Source of the DNA: Sulfolobales archaeon
GTDB lineage: Archaea; Thermoproteota; Thermoprotei_A; Sulfolobales; NBVN01
Assembly: GCA_026413885.1 (NCBI GenBank)
Contig: JAOAKA010000001.1
Span: 46,088 to 110,087 of the forward strand
Length of the DNA: 64,000 bases
Reading direction: 5' to 3'
Positions within the stretch are counted from its first letter, which is position 1. Every line of letters starts with the position of its first letter. The notes under the pieces are model-generated. The model made no database searches, was not told the DNA's origin, and saw only the letters and a list, made by a program, of their open reading frames with translations. Positions 39,784-49,898 of the stretch are shown piece after piece. The position numbers were made by a program, and so were the translations under genes.

Positions 39784-40369
39784 CTCTAATACACAGAATC
39801 TCAATTCTACTTAAGCGACCGACATTTACGAATCCCTCTGGACACATAGGTTCTCCATCGCTACACATAATTGTTAGAACAACCTCCTCAGCGAAGTCGA
39901 GGTCAACTCTACTTAAGACTGCTTGAATATCTCCATATCTGCATGTGTAGAGAGTGAATGAATAGATGTGAGTGAACCTAGACTTCTCTCTAAGTGGTGG
40001 ATGTCCTACATCAGCAGCTATAACTTCAACAAGTCCTGATCTGCCGTATGTAGATCTGAGTTTTCTCAGAGATCTGGAGCTTATGTCTATTCCTATGTAG
40101 AGCTCGGGAGAGGCACGGAATTTCTTCACGAGAAAACCGTAGAGAAGACCTATACCACACCCTATATCTAGAATCTTCCCACCTTGTCTAGCTCTGACGG
40201 CTACCGAATATTTTGCTATCTGCTCACTACCATAAAGTTCTCTGTAGGATCTGGATAGAGAGTCGTAGTAATTCATAGCTAAATATCTTACGACATCTGA
40301 AGTGTACTCACAGGATCTGGTTGAGAAACTCTCTACACCTTCACGGATTTCGTACATGGAGACACACAC
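39710..40369 (-). CDS. Class I SAM-dependent methyltransferase
   Basis: Motif I KILDIGCGIGLL and post-I IGIDIS. The last 25 or so codons are antisense to tRNA-Phe. Confidence 0.75.
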   Translation of the reverse strand: MCVSMYEIREGVESFSTRSCEYTSDVVRYLAMNYYDSLSRSYRELYGSEQIAKYSVAVRARQGGKILDIGCGIGLLYGFLVKKFRASPELYIGIDISSRSLRKLRSTYGRSGLVEVIAADVGHPPLREKSRFTHIYSFTLYTCRYGDIQAVLSRVDLDFAEEVVLTIMCSDGEPMCPEGFVNVGRLSRIEILCIRVPPGGFEPPTPRSPKDLQPGALPG

Positions 40370-40653
40370 TATGATTTAATTACAGCATACACTAAGTTGA
40401 AGAATACAATCCACGAAATAAATGTGATGGAGAGATATAGGAATAGCCCATCTCTTACAGAGCACTTAGTTCTAGAGATCTTGGAGGCTATTATATGCAC
40501 TAACATTGAAGAAGCTATGTAGACTCCAATAGTTACGTAGTGAAGGACATCTGACGAGCGGTAAATAGCTACAATCGATAATACAGATAGCGTAGCTCCC
40601 ACTAAAGCACCTATCAGAGCTTTAGATAACACACAGTCCAAGTTCGGCACCAC
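40369..40653 (-). CDS. Hypothetical small membrane protein (3 TM)
   Basis: 94-aa hydrophobic ORF whose stop overlaps the methyltransferase ATG by 1 nt. Confidence 0.45.
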   Translation of the reverse strand: MVPNLDCVLSKALIGALVGATLSVLSIVAIYRSSDVLHYVTIGVYIASSMLVHIIASKISRTKCSVRDGLFLYLSITFISWIVFFNLVYAVIKS

Positions 40654-40804
40654 TAGCTGTTTTCATTATATTATATTAAAGAAGGATGTTTATATGTCTT
40701 AGATGAAACTTGACCATAAATTACCTTAAGTAAGTAGTAGCTGAGTAACACTTCAAGTTAAGTAGTCACACTGTCACGTCACTATATCTCGTGGAGACAA
40801 GGTG

Positions 40805-41047
40805 TTAGGAGTACTTTAGTCGCACTAGAGTCAGCTGTCTATAGAGAGATTTTAAGGTCTCGTAAGCTTTCTCTAAGTCCGCGGAGAGACTCTCTAAAGT
40901 CTTCATTCTCTCTCTATCTCTAGATACTCTAACTTCAGCTACTACATGCTTTAAGTCGTCTCTTAAAGCCTCCAACTCCATTAATAGAGACTCTACATCT
41001 CTAACAACTTTCTCTACTCTGTTTAGAAATCGGCTTTCACTCGACAT
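40805..41047 (-). CDS. Hypothetical coiled-coil protein (80 aa)
   Basis: Charged heptad-like helices. No motif recognised. Confidence 0.4.
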   Translation of the reverse strand: MSSESRFLNRVEKVVRDVESLLMELEALRDDLKHVVAEVRVSRDRERMKTLESLSADLEKAYETLKSLYRQLTLVRLKYS

Positions 41048-41199
41048 ACTCTAGTCCCAGAAAACTAAGCGGGAGTATATTAATGCTTTACTAGAAACCT
41101 CCATTTCCGTTAACGATGACTAATAGAGCAAATAGTGAGTTATGATAAGTCTGCGAAACGTTATTAAATAATATTTACATGTTATTACCGGGTTGAATC

Positions 41200-41715
41200 G
41201 TGCCCTTCACTCTTTTTCATTTGGGTCCAGGCTTAGGTTTAGGTTTGCCATTGAGGAAATATCTTCACGCTCCAACATTTATTCTGGCAAATATTATCGT
41301 TGATATAGAACCATTTTTGGTGATTTTTTACGGGTTAAGGTACCCCTTGCACGGATACTTACACACTTTCTTACTGGCGATACCGATGGGTTTAGCCTTC
41401 GGCTATGTCATGTTTCTTCTTGAAAGGTTTCTGCATCCGCTTTACAAAATTTTCCTACTTGAAACAGCTAAAAGTTTGAAACTGAAATCTTTTGTTGTCG
41501 CGGGCATGTTAGGAACCGGGCTTCATGTAATACTAGACACTCCACTTTACTCTGACATAAAGCCATTCTATCCAATAACAGTAAATCCCATCTACAGTCT
41601 AGCCGCTACCTTAGAAATTTACAGCTTATGTGTTTGGATAGGATCATTCGGAATAATATACTACATCGGACTATTAGCCTTTACAATTTATAGAAAAACT
41701 ATTAAAAGAAAGTAA
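41200..41715 (+). CDS. Hypothetical polytopic membrane protein (His-rich loops, possibly a membrane-bound metal-dependent hydrolase-like protein)
   Basis: 171 aa with 5 or more TM helices and the N-terminus PFTLFHLGPGLG. GTG start. Its codon usage differs from the neighbouring genes. Confidence 0.5.
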   Translation: MPFTLFHLGPGLGLGLPLRKYLHAPTFILANIIVDIEPFLVIFYGLRYPLHGYLHTFLLAIPMGLAFGYVMFLLERFLHPLYKIFLLETAKSLKLKSFVVAGMLGTGLHVILDTPLYSDIKPFYPITVNPIYSLAATLEIYSLCVWIGSFGIIYYIGLLAFTIYRKTIKRK

Positions 41716-42021
41716 ACGTAACCTCATAAAAATAATAAAAATAAAAATGTAAACGCTGCAAGTGTTAAGAGTTGATCGATTAGAAGGTATTTGGATTTTG
41801 CTTGTAGAGAGTGTTTGGAATTGTCTGCATCATTCCATATACATAAACCACGCGAGTTGGTTTTAAATGAGGCTTCCAACCTCCTCGTATATACTCTTAA
41901 CACTTCAAATATTTCAAAATGTAATCATGTACGCCATTTTCATTTTTGTCGGTTCATATTTAAGTGGGAAAGTTAGCCTTAAAGTCCCAAAAAATTCTTA
42001 TCAACTCGAGAGTGGAGTGAG

Positions 42022-42540
42022 TTGTGTAGTAACGTGATTGCGGTGGCTGAGTTTTCCGGTAGGTGTCGAGGAAGTCCGGTGAGAATTTCGAAACTTGTAC
42101 ATGAACTAGGTGGTCGTGTTACTTCATACATTCCGGAAACGGGTGTGATCATGGGATTTTTTAGAATTAACGTTCTCGACTCACAGGAAGTCGAGAAGAA
42201 GTGTAAATCATTTGTCGAGAATGCGGCCGGTGATATAGATGACTGCAGAGTTTGGATTAGGATTTTACTAGATGTTAAACTAGGTGAGACTCTCTGTAAG
42301 GCAGGGTCTATTAAATTATCTTCAAGCACCGCTAATGTTTCTATAGTAAGACTTGCGAATAATGTGTACGCTCTGTGGCGACATAGAAGAACCGATCACG
42401 TGAAGGTAACACTGCTATCTCAAACATTGAGGCCACATCCTGGAGACCTCTCGGAACTCTCGATTTCCTGTGGGGAACTCCACAAACTACTAGGTAGTAT
42501 TAGAGAAGATCTTCTGAAGCTAGTAGAGAGTAAGAAGTAG
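42022..42540 (+). CDS. Hypothetical protein (172 aa)
   Basis: Longest ORF in an atypical-composition patch. It competes with an antisense 116-aa ORF. Confidence 0.35.
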   Translation: MCSNVIAVAEFSGRCRGSPVRISKLVHELGGRVTSYIPETGVIMGFFRINVLDSQEVEKKCKSFVENAAGDIDDCRVWIRILLDVKLGETLCKAGSIKLSSSTANVSIVRLANNVYALWRHRRTDHVKVTLLSQTLRPHPGDLSELSISCGELHKLLGSIREDLLKLVESKK

Positions 42541-42607
42541 ACCCGAGTATTTTGAGGAGCTAACTGACTTGAAGAATTCTACAGTCGCAATGTGCTATCG
42601 GTTCTAG

Positions 42608-43630
42608 CTATCTGTACTCTTCTACGTACTTCTCTCCTTCAATATCCACTTCTCCCCAACCCTCTGGACAGCCCTTACCATATCTAACTAGTGGTTTTTC
42701 TAGTTTAGTTAGTAGAGCTACTCTAGAGGGTTTCGAACTAGAGGCGAGTCTATACCCGGTTGCGTCAGCAAGTTTTTTCGCGAATTCCAGTACTTCTTCG
42801 TAAGTAGGCATGCTACTTCTAGATAGTCTACTAATTGAGGCACCTACGTGCATGTACGCCTTAGTCTCCACGAAGGTTGGAGCAGATCTCTCGACAAGTT
42901 TCGCAAATCCATCGACATCTATACTACCCATATTGAAGCCTTTAACTAGAGTAATCCTGATCACAGTTCTAGTTCTCAGTGATTGAAATAGCTCCAGGGT
43001 CTTCAGCGTGAGCTTCCAGAGATTCTCACCAGCAGGCTTATTGAATTCCCGATACATGTTCTCGTTCCAGGTCTCAATCGATACGTATAGCTGTGTAGGT
43101 TCCTCCTCTAAGTTCGCTAGGATATCTGGTCTAATCCCTCTCGTAACTAAGAACGTAGTCAGTCCTTTTCTGTGGAAGACCTCGATCAGCTCTCCTAGTC
43201 TTGGATATAGGGTAGCTTCGCCAGTAAGTGATATAGCAACGTGTTTAGGGTCTATAGCCTCTCTATACATTTCCTTTGGAGCTCTCTTAGCATATCCACT
43301 CACGGTTCTTCTGTGCTCTAGAACGGCTACATCAGCTAGTATCTCCGGGTCTTCAACATACGGTAGCTTCAGGAGTTCTTGACCTTTCATACCGTAGTCT
43401 GAAGGTCTAGCTCTCCAACAGTGAAGGCAGAAATTCCAGCACCACGAAACCGCTGGGCTAAACTGAATGCATCTGTGAGACTCTATCCCATAGAATCGGC
43501 ACTTATAGCAGAATTTGCCATATGCCAGAGCATTGTGAACCCAGAGACACTTTTTAATAGCTGCATGACTACCTATGAGATGATATCCTTGCTTTTTTAG
43601 TGTAGTAAACATCTTTGTGAGAGAGTCCAC
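42608..43630 (-). CDS. taw1: tRNA 4-demethylwyosine synthase Taw1 (TYW1 homologue, radical SAM)
   Basis: N-terminal Cys cluster (KKCLW...CYKCRFYGIESHRC) plus the radical SAM motif CWNFCLHCWR, and about 340 aa. Confidence 0.88.
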   Translation of the reverse strand: MDSLTKMFTTLKKQGYHLIGSHAAIKKCLWVHNALAYGKFCYKCRFYGIESHRCIQFSPAVSWCWNFCLHCWRARPSDYGMKGQELLKLPYVEDPEILADVAVLEHRRTVSGYAKRAPKEMYREAIDPKHVAISLTGEATLYPRLGELIEVFHRKGLTTFLVTRGIRPDILANLEEEPTQLYVSIETWNENMYREFNKPAGENLWKLTLKTLELFQSLRTRTVIRITLVKGFNMGSIDVDGFAKLVERSAPTFVETKAYMHVGASISRLSRSSMPTYEEVLEFAKKLADATGYRLASSSKPSRVALLTKLEKPLVRYGKGCPEGWGEVDIEGEKYVEEYR

Positions 43631-43859
43631 CCACTCACTTGACTCTCCACTAGCTATACCGCCCCCTAAGGAAAGTAGTTAGTAGAGCTATTATAGAGAT
43701 CAACAGGTTTAAGAGCTTATAGTTCCTACTCAAACTGCTGAATTTTTGAATGACACTGAGTTTACTGGATTTAAATTCGAGATGTCTGTTTATATATGCT
43801 TTTGTGACGCGGCTTCTGCTAATACCTGTATATATTTTTTAGCTAAAGCTCGAGATACT

Positions 43860-44915
43860 GTGGGTGCCAGCTTGAAGGAGATCAGGAGAGTTCAAAAATT
43901 TGGCAAGTCTACTCTGATGGTATCACTCCCAGCTGAGTGGGTTAAAGCTATTGGTTTACATCCCGGAGACTCTGTGTCTATAGAGGTACTCGACGATACT
44001 TCAATAAGAGTATCTCCTCTATCTGTAGATAAACAAGCTAGAGAGTTTATCACATCTATTACAGTTGGGAGAAATGCTTCAGAATCTCTCTTGAGTAGAG
44101 TAATATACGCACTATACCTCCTCGGAGCTGATAAAATCCAGATTATAAGTGAAGAAAGCGTCATGCCTGAAAACATCCTCAGGTCTCTGAAAAACATAGC
44201 TAGAACTCTAATAGGTATAGAGATTATTGAGCACTCACCGAATAGAATCGTGTTTCAAATCCTCATAGACTCCAGTAAATATTCAACAGTATCCGTAATT
44301 AACAGAATGCTCGAACTCATAAAGTCTATGTTCGAGTATATCGAGACATACGTGGCGTCTGGAGCTGCTCACCTACTTAGTGAAGTACAGGAAATCGAAA
44401 TTGAAGTCGATAGATTAAACGCTCTAATTGTTAGACAACTTATAGATTTAATTAGAAATAGAGGGCTGGCTAAACACCTCGAAGTTAGAGACTCTCTAGC
44501 AACAGAGTATAGAAACATAGCTAAGTCTCTAGAGGAAGTAGCTGATGCGCTATCAGAAATTGCCGCAATACTTCAAGAGCGAGGACAAGCTCTACTAGAG
44601 AAAATGAGGAAGGAAATAAACGTACTGAGTGAGTGTATAGATATGGCGGTCCTCATAATAGATAGAATCAATAAGACACTGACATACGAAGACATACTTC
44701 TAGCTAACGAACTCTTAGACCTAGTAGCAGAATACCGAGGACACTTCAAGAAGTACGCAGATTTAATGTACAGAACTCTGGGTCTAGATGAGATGTATCT
44801 TGGTATAAAAGACGTACTGGAGAGATTCGCTGTTGCTGGAAAATCTCTCGAGTCAATAGCGGAGAGCATCTTCGATATATGTGTCTGGAAGTCACCGGAG
44901 CTGATCAGACTTTAG
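43860..44915 (+). CDS. AbrB/SpoVT-domain plus PhoU-domain regulator (archaeal PhoU-like)
   Basis: STLMVSLPAEWVKAIGLHPGDSVSIEV (AbrB-like swapped hairpin) followed by two helical PhoU-like repeats. The start is ambiguous (GTG 43860, TTG 43872, or the tracked TTG 43746). Confidence 0.7.
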   Translation: MGASLKEIRRVQKFGKSTLMVSLPAEWVKAIGLHPGDSVSIEVLDDTSIRVSPLSVDKQAREFITSITVGRNASESLLSRVIYALYLLGADKIQIISEESVMPENILRSLKNIARTLIGIEIIEHSPNRIVFQILIDSSKYSTVSVINRMLELIKSMFEYIETYVASGAAHLLSEVQEIEIEVDRLNALIVRQLIDLIRNRGLAKHLEVRDSLATEYRNIAKSLEEVADALSEIAAILQERGQALLEKMRKEINVLSECIDMAVLIIDRINKTLTYEDILLANELLDLVAEYRGHFKKYADLMYRTLGLDEMYLGIKDVLERFAVAGKSLESIAESIFDICVWKSPELIRL

Positions 44916-44960
44916 TATAGACAAGAATTTAATACTCTGAAGCTATAACCCTAATTCGGT

Positions 44961-45035
44961 GGCTCCGGTAGCTCAGCGGGGTAGAGCGCGGGGCTGTGGA
45001 CCCCGAGGTCCCGGGTTCAAGTCCCGGCCGGAGCC
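44961..45035 (+). tRNA. tRNA-His (anticodon GTG) with genomically encoded G-1
   Basis: G-GCTCCGGTAGCTCAGCGGGGTAGAGCGCGGGGCTGTGGACCCCGAGGTCCCGGGTTCAAGTCCCGGCCGGAGC-C. G-1 lies opposite C73. Confidence 0.9.
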
Positions 45036-45194
45036 CTACTGAATTCTTCTCCGTACTTTCTAAGTCTTACTTAATGCTTGCCGCAGACATATTTTATTAG
45101 TTTAGTAGGGCTTCCGAGAATCTGCTTAAATTTTCTCCAAGATGTTTACTGTAAGACTCACCCAACCGAGCAGCAGCTACCATCTGGAGGTAGT

Positions 45195-46214
45195 TTATTT
45201 AAATACAGGCAGCTCCCCGAATCTCGATAGTGAAATCACCGACTTCTCGGTGGGAATTATTCTGACTCCGTAGGGCTTCTTCTTAACGAGAAATGCTGTA
45301 TAAGTATCTGTGAAGAGGTTCTTTAAATAGTTGAAGCTTCGTGGTACAGCAACCATATCCAGACCTGCTACACAGACTGTGCTGAGTGCTATAAGGTCTT
45401 CAACTCTTAGCACGCCTCTTCTTACGTATTCTTTGAGTCTATCATCTTCAGCTACAGGCAGCATGATTTCGTTGAATCCAGTGCTCTCGATGTTTTGAGC
45501 TATTTCAGTAAGTAATCTATTTACTCGATAAACAGCGCTAAATGTCCCAGCTCTAGGGAAGCTGACTCCGAGCTTTTCGATTACATCTACAACACTTTCA
45601 CTCATCCACGGGGATAGAGACAGGTCATGGCGTACTTTAAGACCGACTTCTCTCACTCTATCTTTAAGTAAGCTATCTACCTTATCTACAAAGTCCAGTA
45701 TCGATGGACGCCAGTCAGCTGGTTCTGAAGTAGTAAATAAGTCGACGTAGCGGTAAGCTACAGATACAGCATCACTTAGAGCTGTTGAAATCGGAAAATA
45801 AGGTGTCTCGATGTATTCCCCATAGTTTATACCGATTCGAGTAAAGTAGTCTTCACCTAGATTTTTAGATAGTTCTATGTAGAGCTCTGGAAGCTTATCT
45901 AGATCTTCCTCTGATGTTAGCACTGTAGCGTACCCATTTCTACATTTTTCGAGATAACTGCTTAGTTCGTGTAGATCTATCTCTCTCACTTGCTTGTGGT
46001 ATGCTGATAGTAGTATATCACTACCACAGAGCTCTCTAGCATTAAACCACTCAAAGTCTTCACCTAGAGATATCCTGAGAGTCCAAACAAATACTCTTCC
46101 AGCTTCTAGAGTCTTCTTTAATTCTCTCAAGAATTCTACAGCTTCCGGGAGATTGAAATCTCTAGACTTAACGTGTAGAGTTAATGCTCTAACTACCGGC
46201 ATCTTGAGTACCAA
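45195..46214 (-). CDS. Hypothetical protein (possibly UPF0210/DUF711-like)
   Basis: 339-aa ORF. The N-terminus PVVRALTLHV is reminiscent of DUF711, but this is a weak recollection only. Confidence 0.45.
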   Translation of the reverse strand: MVLKMPVVRALTLHVKSRDFNLPEAVEFLRELKKTLEAGRVFVWTLRISLGEDFEWFNARELCGSDILLSAYHKQVREIDLHELSSYLEKCRNGYATVLTSEEDLDKLPELYIELSKNLGEDYFTRIGINYGEYIETPYFPISTALSDAVSVAYRYVDLFTTSEPADWRPSILDFVDKVDSLLKDRVREVGLKVRHDLSLSPWMSESVVDVIEKLGVSFPRAGTFSAVYRVNRLLTEIAQNIESTGFNEIMLPVAEDDRLKEYVRRGVLRVEDLIALSTVCVAGLDMVAVPRSFNYLKNLFTDTYTAFLVKKKPYGVRIIPTEKSVISLSRFGELPVFK

Positions 46215-46270
46215 CTACGGTAGTGTGAATACATATAAAGTTATACTGACCCTGATCATGCGGGGAGATA

Positions 46271-47635
46271 TTGGAGTTTACTAAACTCGACTCCTTTGTA
46301 ATAGAGAAAATGTCTCAAACGAAAATTCCCGGACTCTCTCTCGCTGTAGTAAAGAGTGGGGAGATAGTGTATTCTAGGAGCTACGGATTTAAAGACGTTG
46401 AGAGAGGTCTACCACCAACCTCTAAGACAGTATATGGGATAGGCTCTGTAACGAAGTCATTTACAGCACTAGCAATACTGAAGCTTGCTGGAGAAGGAAA
46501 GCTATCTGTTGATGATGATGTCTCTAAGTATGTTCCCCTAAAACTAGAAGCTATGGGTGAACCTATTAGAATACATCACTTACTGACACATACTAGTGGC
46601 ATACCAGCTCTAGCTTATGCTGAAGCATTTATCAGAAGCTCTCTAGGTTTAGACCACACCTGGCTACCTCTCTCAACTGCTGAAGACGTAGTAGCGTTTA
46701 TGTCTGATTACAGTTCGTGGGTACATTCAAAACCTGGAGCAAAGTACTTCTACTTAAATGAAGGATACGTCCTCCTAGGCTACGTAATTTCTAAAGTCAG
46801 TGGTATGAGATATGAAGATTACGTGAGAGAGAAAATACTCAAGCCACTGGGGATGTATAGAACGTATTTCGAGGAATATGGAGTCTCTAAAGACCCGGAC
46901 GTCGCAGTGCCGTATATAGTAGATAGAGATGGACATCATGTGAGGAGTAAATTTCCCTACGGAATTACAGCTGATGGAGGAATTCTCAGTAACTGTGAAG
47001 ATATGTCTAAATATATCTCTATGCTGATAAATAGAGGTTCTCTCGAAGGTATTGAAATAGTGAGTCCTAATAGTATAGAGCTAGCAGAGAGGAAGTATGT
47101 AAATATACCAGCGAGTCTCTTCGGAGACGACTCTTACGGATATGGACTCGTGGTAACCGACAACTTCTTGAATAGAAGACTTATCCGCCACAGTGGGTCT
47201 GTACTCGTCTACACAGCCTTCATGGGCTATCTACCGAGTGATAAAGTAGGTGTTATTGTTCTCGCAAATGCGGCTGGATACCCACTGTCTTTCATAGGTA
47301 TGTACGCTTTAGCTCTTACACTCGGCTACAACCCCGAAGAGAGCCTGCACTTCATTAAACAAGATAGAGTTATTGAAAAACTCACCGGTAACTACGAAAC
47401 CTATAGGGGGACTTATAGAGTTAGCGTCAAGAGGGCGGGAGACTTCCTGCTTATGGAGTATAAAGATAGGTATAGAGATATTCAAGTACCTCTAGTACCA
47501 GTAGAAATAAGTGATAACTACATGAAATACTACACTTTAAGTTACGGAAGTAGGGTAGAAGTTGAATTTACTGTCGATGGAGATAGAGTCACGATGATTT
47601 ACGAGCGCTATAAGTTTGTAAAAAGATCTAGCTAG
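46271..47635 (+). CDS. Beta-lactamase-fold serine hydrolase/peptidase (Pab87-like, with an extra C-terminal beta domain)
   Basis: SxxK in GIGSVTKSF, YxN in YLNEGY and HSG in IRHSGSV. About 90 aa of C-terminal extension. TTG start. Confidence 0.85.
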   Translation: MEFTKLDSFVIEKMSQTKIPGLSLAVVKSGEIVYSRSYGFKDVERGLPPTSKTVYGIGSVTKSFTALAILKLAGEGKLSVDDDVSKYVPLKLEAMGEPIRIHHLLTHTSGIPALAYAEAFIRSSLGLDHTWLPLSTAEDVVAFMSDYSSWVHSKPGAKYFYLNEGYVLLGYVISKVSGMRYEDYVREKILKPLGMYRTYFEEYGVSKDPDVAVPYIVDRDGHHVRSKFPYGITADGGILSNCEDMSKYISMLINRGSLEGIEIVSPNSIELAERKYVNIPASLFGDDSYGYGLVVTDNFLNRRLIRHSGSVLVYTAFMGYLPSDKVGVIVLANAAGYPLSFIGMYALALTLGYNPEESLHFIKQDRVIEKLTGNYETYRGTYRVSVKRAGDFLLMEYKDRYRDIQVPLVPVEISDNYMKYYTLSYGSRVEVEFTVDGDRVTMIYERYKFVKRSS

Positions 47636-47655
47636 CCAAAACACCTACTGAGAAC

Positions 47656-48369
47656 TCAGTAGAATACTTCTTCAAATCTACTACCTACTTTAGCTGCTAC
47701 TACATAGGAGTTCAAGCTATTGAATTGCTTTACATAGCCTTTAGAGATGACTCTCAGACCGGTTTTTCTAGCTACCTTCTCGAGGTCGCTTACTTCATAG
47801 AGAAAATACCTTCTCGTATATACCTTACGCCTAGTTCTCCACTTAACTCTGTAGTTGTGGAGTCCGGGAATATTCAGGAGTTTCGCGAGATATATAATGA
47901 ATGTTTGTGCTACAAACCTAAGCTGTCTTTTAGACCAGGAGGTTGCTAGAGCTAGACCTCCTGGCTTAAGTGTTCTTGCTATCTCTGCGAAAGTTTTATG
48001 AAGCTCTTCACTCGGTAGGTGGTGCATTAGTGCTATCGATATGATACTATCTACAGCTAGACCTCTTAGTGGTATTGTTGTGGCATCAGCAGCTACGAAG
48101 TCTACCTTCGAGAACTTCTTTCTCTCAGCTAGTTCTCTAGCTTCTAGAAGCATTGACGGAGCTATATCTACACATATGAGGTAGTCAACACTTCTCTTTA
48201 AAGCCGCTTGAAGGCCGTTAACACAGTGACCAGAACCGAGGTCTAAGATGACACCTCCCCTGACTACGTTCGCTATCTCCCAGGCTCTGCTTCTCCACGA
48301 GGAGTAGCCTCGAGATATCTCGTCGTAAACCTCTAGAGTCTCATAAACTATCCTACGTGAATTAGACAT
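47656..48369 (-). CDS. Class I SAM-dependent methyltransferase
   Basis: Motif I ILDLGSGHCVNG and LKPGGLAL. It overlaps the upstream ORF by 8 nt. Confidence 0.8.
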   Translation of the reverse strand: MSNSRRIVYETLEVYDEISRGYSSWRSRAWEIANVVRGGVILDLGSGHCVNGLQAALKRSVDYLICVDIAPSMLLEARELAERKKFSKVDFVAADATTIPLRGLAVDSIISIALMHHLPSEELHKTFAEIARTLKPGGLALATSWSKRQLRFVAQTFIIYLAKLLNIPGLHNYRVKWRTRRKVYTRRYFLYEVSDLEKVARKTGLRVISKGYVKQFNSLNSYVVAAKVGSRFEEVFY

Positions 48370-49021
48370 TTACGTCTATAACCCACTTCTTTCTAGTGCT
48401 ATCAAAGTAGGCCAGTCCCGAGTTCATTAATGCTTTTAACAACTTTCCTTCATCTCTACTGAGCTCTTTACCTATAGCTTCTTCAGAACTAGCCGTAAGC
48501 TTATCGACTTTCTCGATGAACACTCTGAAGAATTCCGGGTCAACCGCAACTCTCTCTTTCGCTAACTCTATAACAACAGCACCACTTCTTCTCAGTTTCT
48601 CAAAGAACGCATCGCGATTCTTAATTTTTCTAGCTATATCAGATTCAAACATCATTTTCTGTTCCTTCAATATGTCTACTGCTGTTTTTCTTACTTCACG
48701 TTTTTCTTCCGGCTTAACTTGTTGAACTACGTGGGGCGCGCTTCTAATTTGTTCCTCTAAGCTCTGTACTCGTGCTGCTAGGTCTTCTATGAGTTCGATT
48801 AAGTGAGATATCTTTCTATTAACTTCATCTATCTTACCGGTGTAGGCGTTTATAGTATCGATAATAGTTTTCACACTTCTATCTTCAGTTTTCGAAGGCT
48901 TTCCTGAGGATAGAGTACTGCCGATTATCTCTAGTATAGCGTCTTCTATTGGGAGGTCTGGAAACATCTTGCTTAAAGCTTCAACATGTTCTGAACTCAG
49001 ACTTATAGCTATCTTAGGCAT
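48362..49021 (-). CDS. Hypothetical protein with a central coiled coil
   Basis: 219-aa ORF co-oriented with and overlapping the methyltransferase gene. Confidence 0.5.
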   Translation of the reverse strand: MPKIAISLSSEHVEALSKMFPDLPIEDAILEIIGSTLSSGKPSKTEDRSVKTIIDTINAYTGKIDEVNRKISHLIELIEDLAARVQSLEEQIRSAPHVVQQVKPEEKREVRKTAVDILKEQKMMFESDIARKIKNRDAFFEKLRRSGAVVIELAKERVAVDPEFFRVFIEKVDKLTASSEEAIGKELSRDEGKLLKALMNSGLAYFDSTRKKWVIDVNV

Positions 49022-49109
49022 TACTACCTTATCTACTTACGCAACACTGGTAATATACACTCCAGTGTCTTCAGATTTATAATAGTTAGAGCAGCTCTCT
49101 ATGTGAAGC

Positions 49110-49898
49110 ATGTCCGGCTACAACCCTCTAGACTTAGCTAAATCTATTGAGCCTAGAGTGCATATAGAGAAGAACGGAGTCACCTATAGAAAATACTTTC
49201 GATTTAGAGTAGATAGATGGTATGGTGGAATTGTAACTGGAGATGTTGTTGGATGTAACTTGAGGTGTAAGTTCTGCTGGGCTTGGTATTTCACCTGGGA
49301 GAGCTTAAGTAAAGGATACTTCTATTCAGCAGATGAAGCCGCATTAAAATTGGTTGAGCTAACTAGAAAATCTGGGTACCGGAGAGTAAGATTAAGCGGT
49401 GGAGAGCCTACCTTAGGCTTCAAACACCTTCTAGAAGTAGTAAATGAGGTCTTAGCCAGAGACCTGGCGTTTACGCTAGAAACTAACGGCTTAGTCTTTG
49501 GATACTATAGGGAGTACTCTGAAGCTATAAGTAAATTCAGGAAGAGAGGAATAGAGATACGGGTATCAGTTAAGGGAACCAATCCACATGAGTTTTTTGA
49601 ACTCACTGGTGCTGACCCAAAATTCTGGTATGTGCAAATAGATGCACTTAGGAACCTAATAGAAGTAGGTCTTGAACCAATTCGAGAGGTCTATCCAGCA
49701 GTTATGCTGAGTATGAGTGGTGAAGAAGGCTTGAAGAAGTTTATATCGACACTGAGATCTATCCACACAGAGCTTCCAGAACTAGTTGACGAAGAGTACA
49801 TAATACTGTATAGACATGTTAAAGAACTCATGAAGAGAACAGGCTTGAAGCCTAAATATGTAGTTCTACCTGATAGAGTTCCTAGTGAGATGATTTAA
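49110..49898 (+). CDS. Radical SAM protein of unknown role
   Basis: CxxxCxxC in GCNLRCKFCWAW, and GGEPT (SAM-binding). Confidence 0.8.
   Translation: MSGYNPLDLAKSIEPRVHIEKNGVTYRKYFRFRVDRWYGGIVTGDVVGCNLRCKFCWAWYFTWESLSKGYFYSADEAALKLVELTRKSGYRRVRLSGGEPTLGFKHLLEVVNEVLARDLAFTLETNGLVFGYYREYSEAISKFRKRGIEIRVSVKGTNPHEFFELTGADPKFWYVQIDALRNLIEVGLEPIREVYPAVMLSMSGEEGLKKFISTLRSIHTELPELVDEEYIILYRHVKELMKRTGLKPKYVVLPDRVPSEMI

Noticed and set aside
41791-42329. ORFs 41791-41976 (+) and 41979-42329 (-)
   Set aside because: They are short, lie in an AT-rich atypical patch, are mutually incompatible with the longer plus-strand ORF 42022-42540 and have no motifs. I did not report them as genes.
44961-44961. Extra 5' G on tRNA-His
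   Set aside because: A genomically encoded G-1 opposite C73 is the standard archaeal and bacterial tRNA-His feature.
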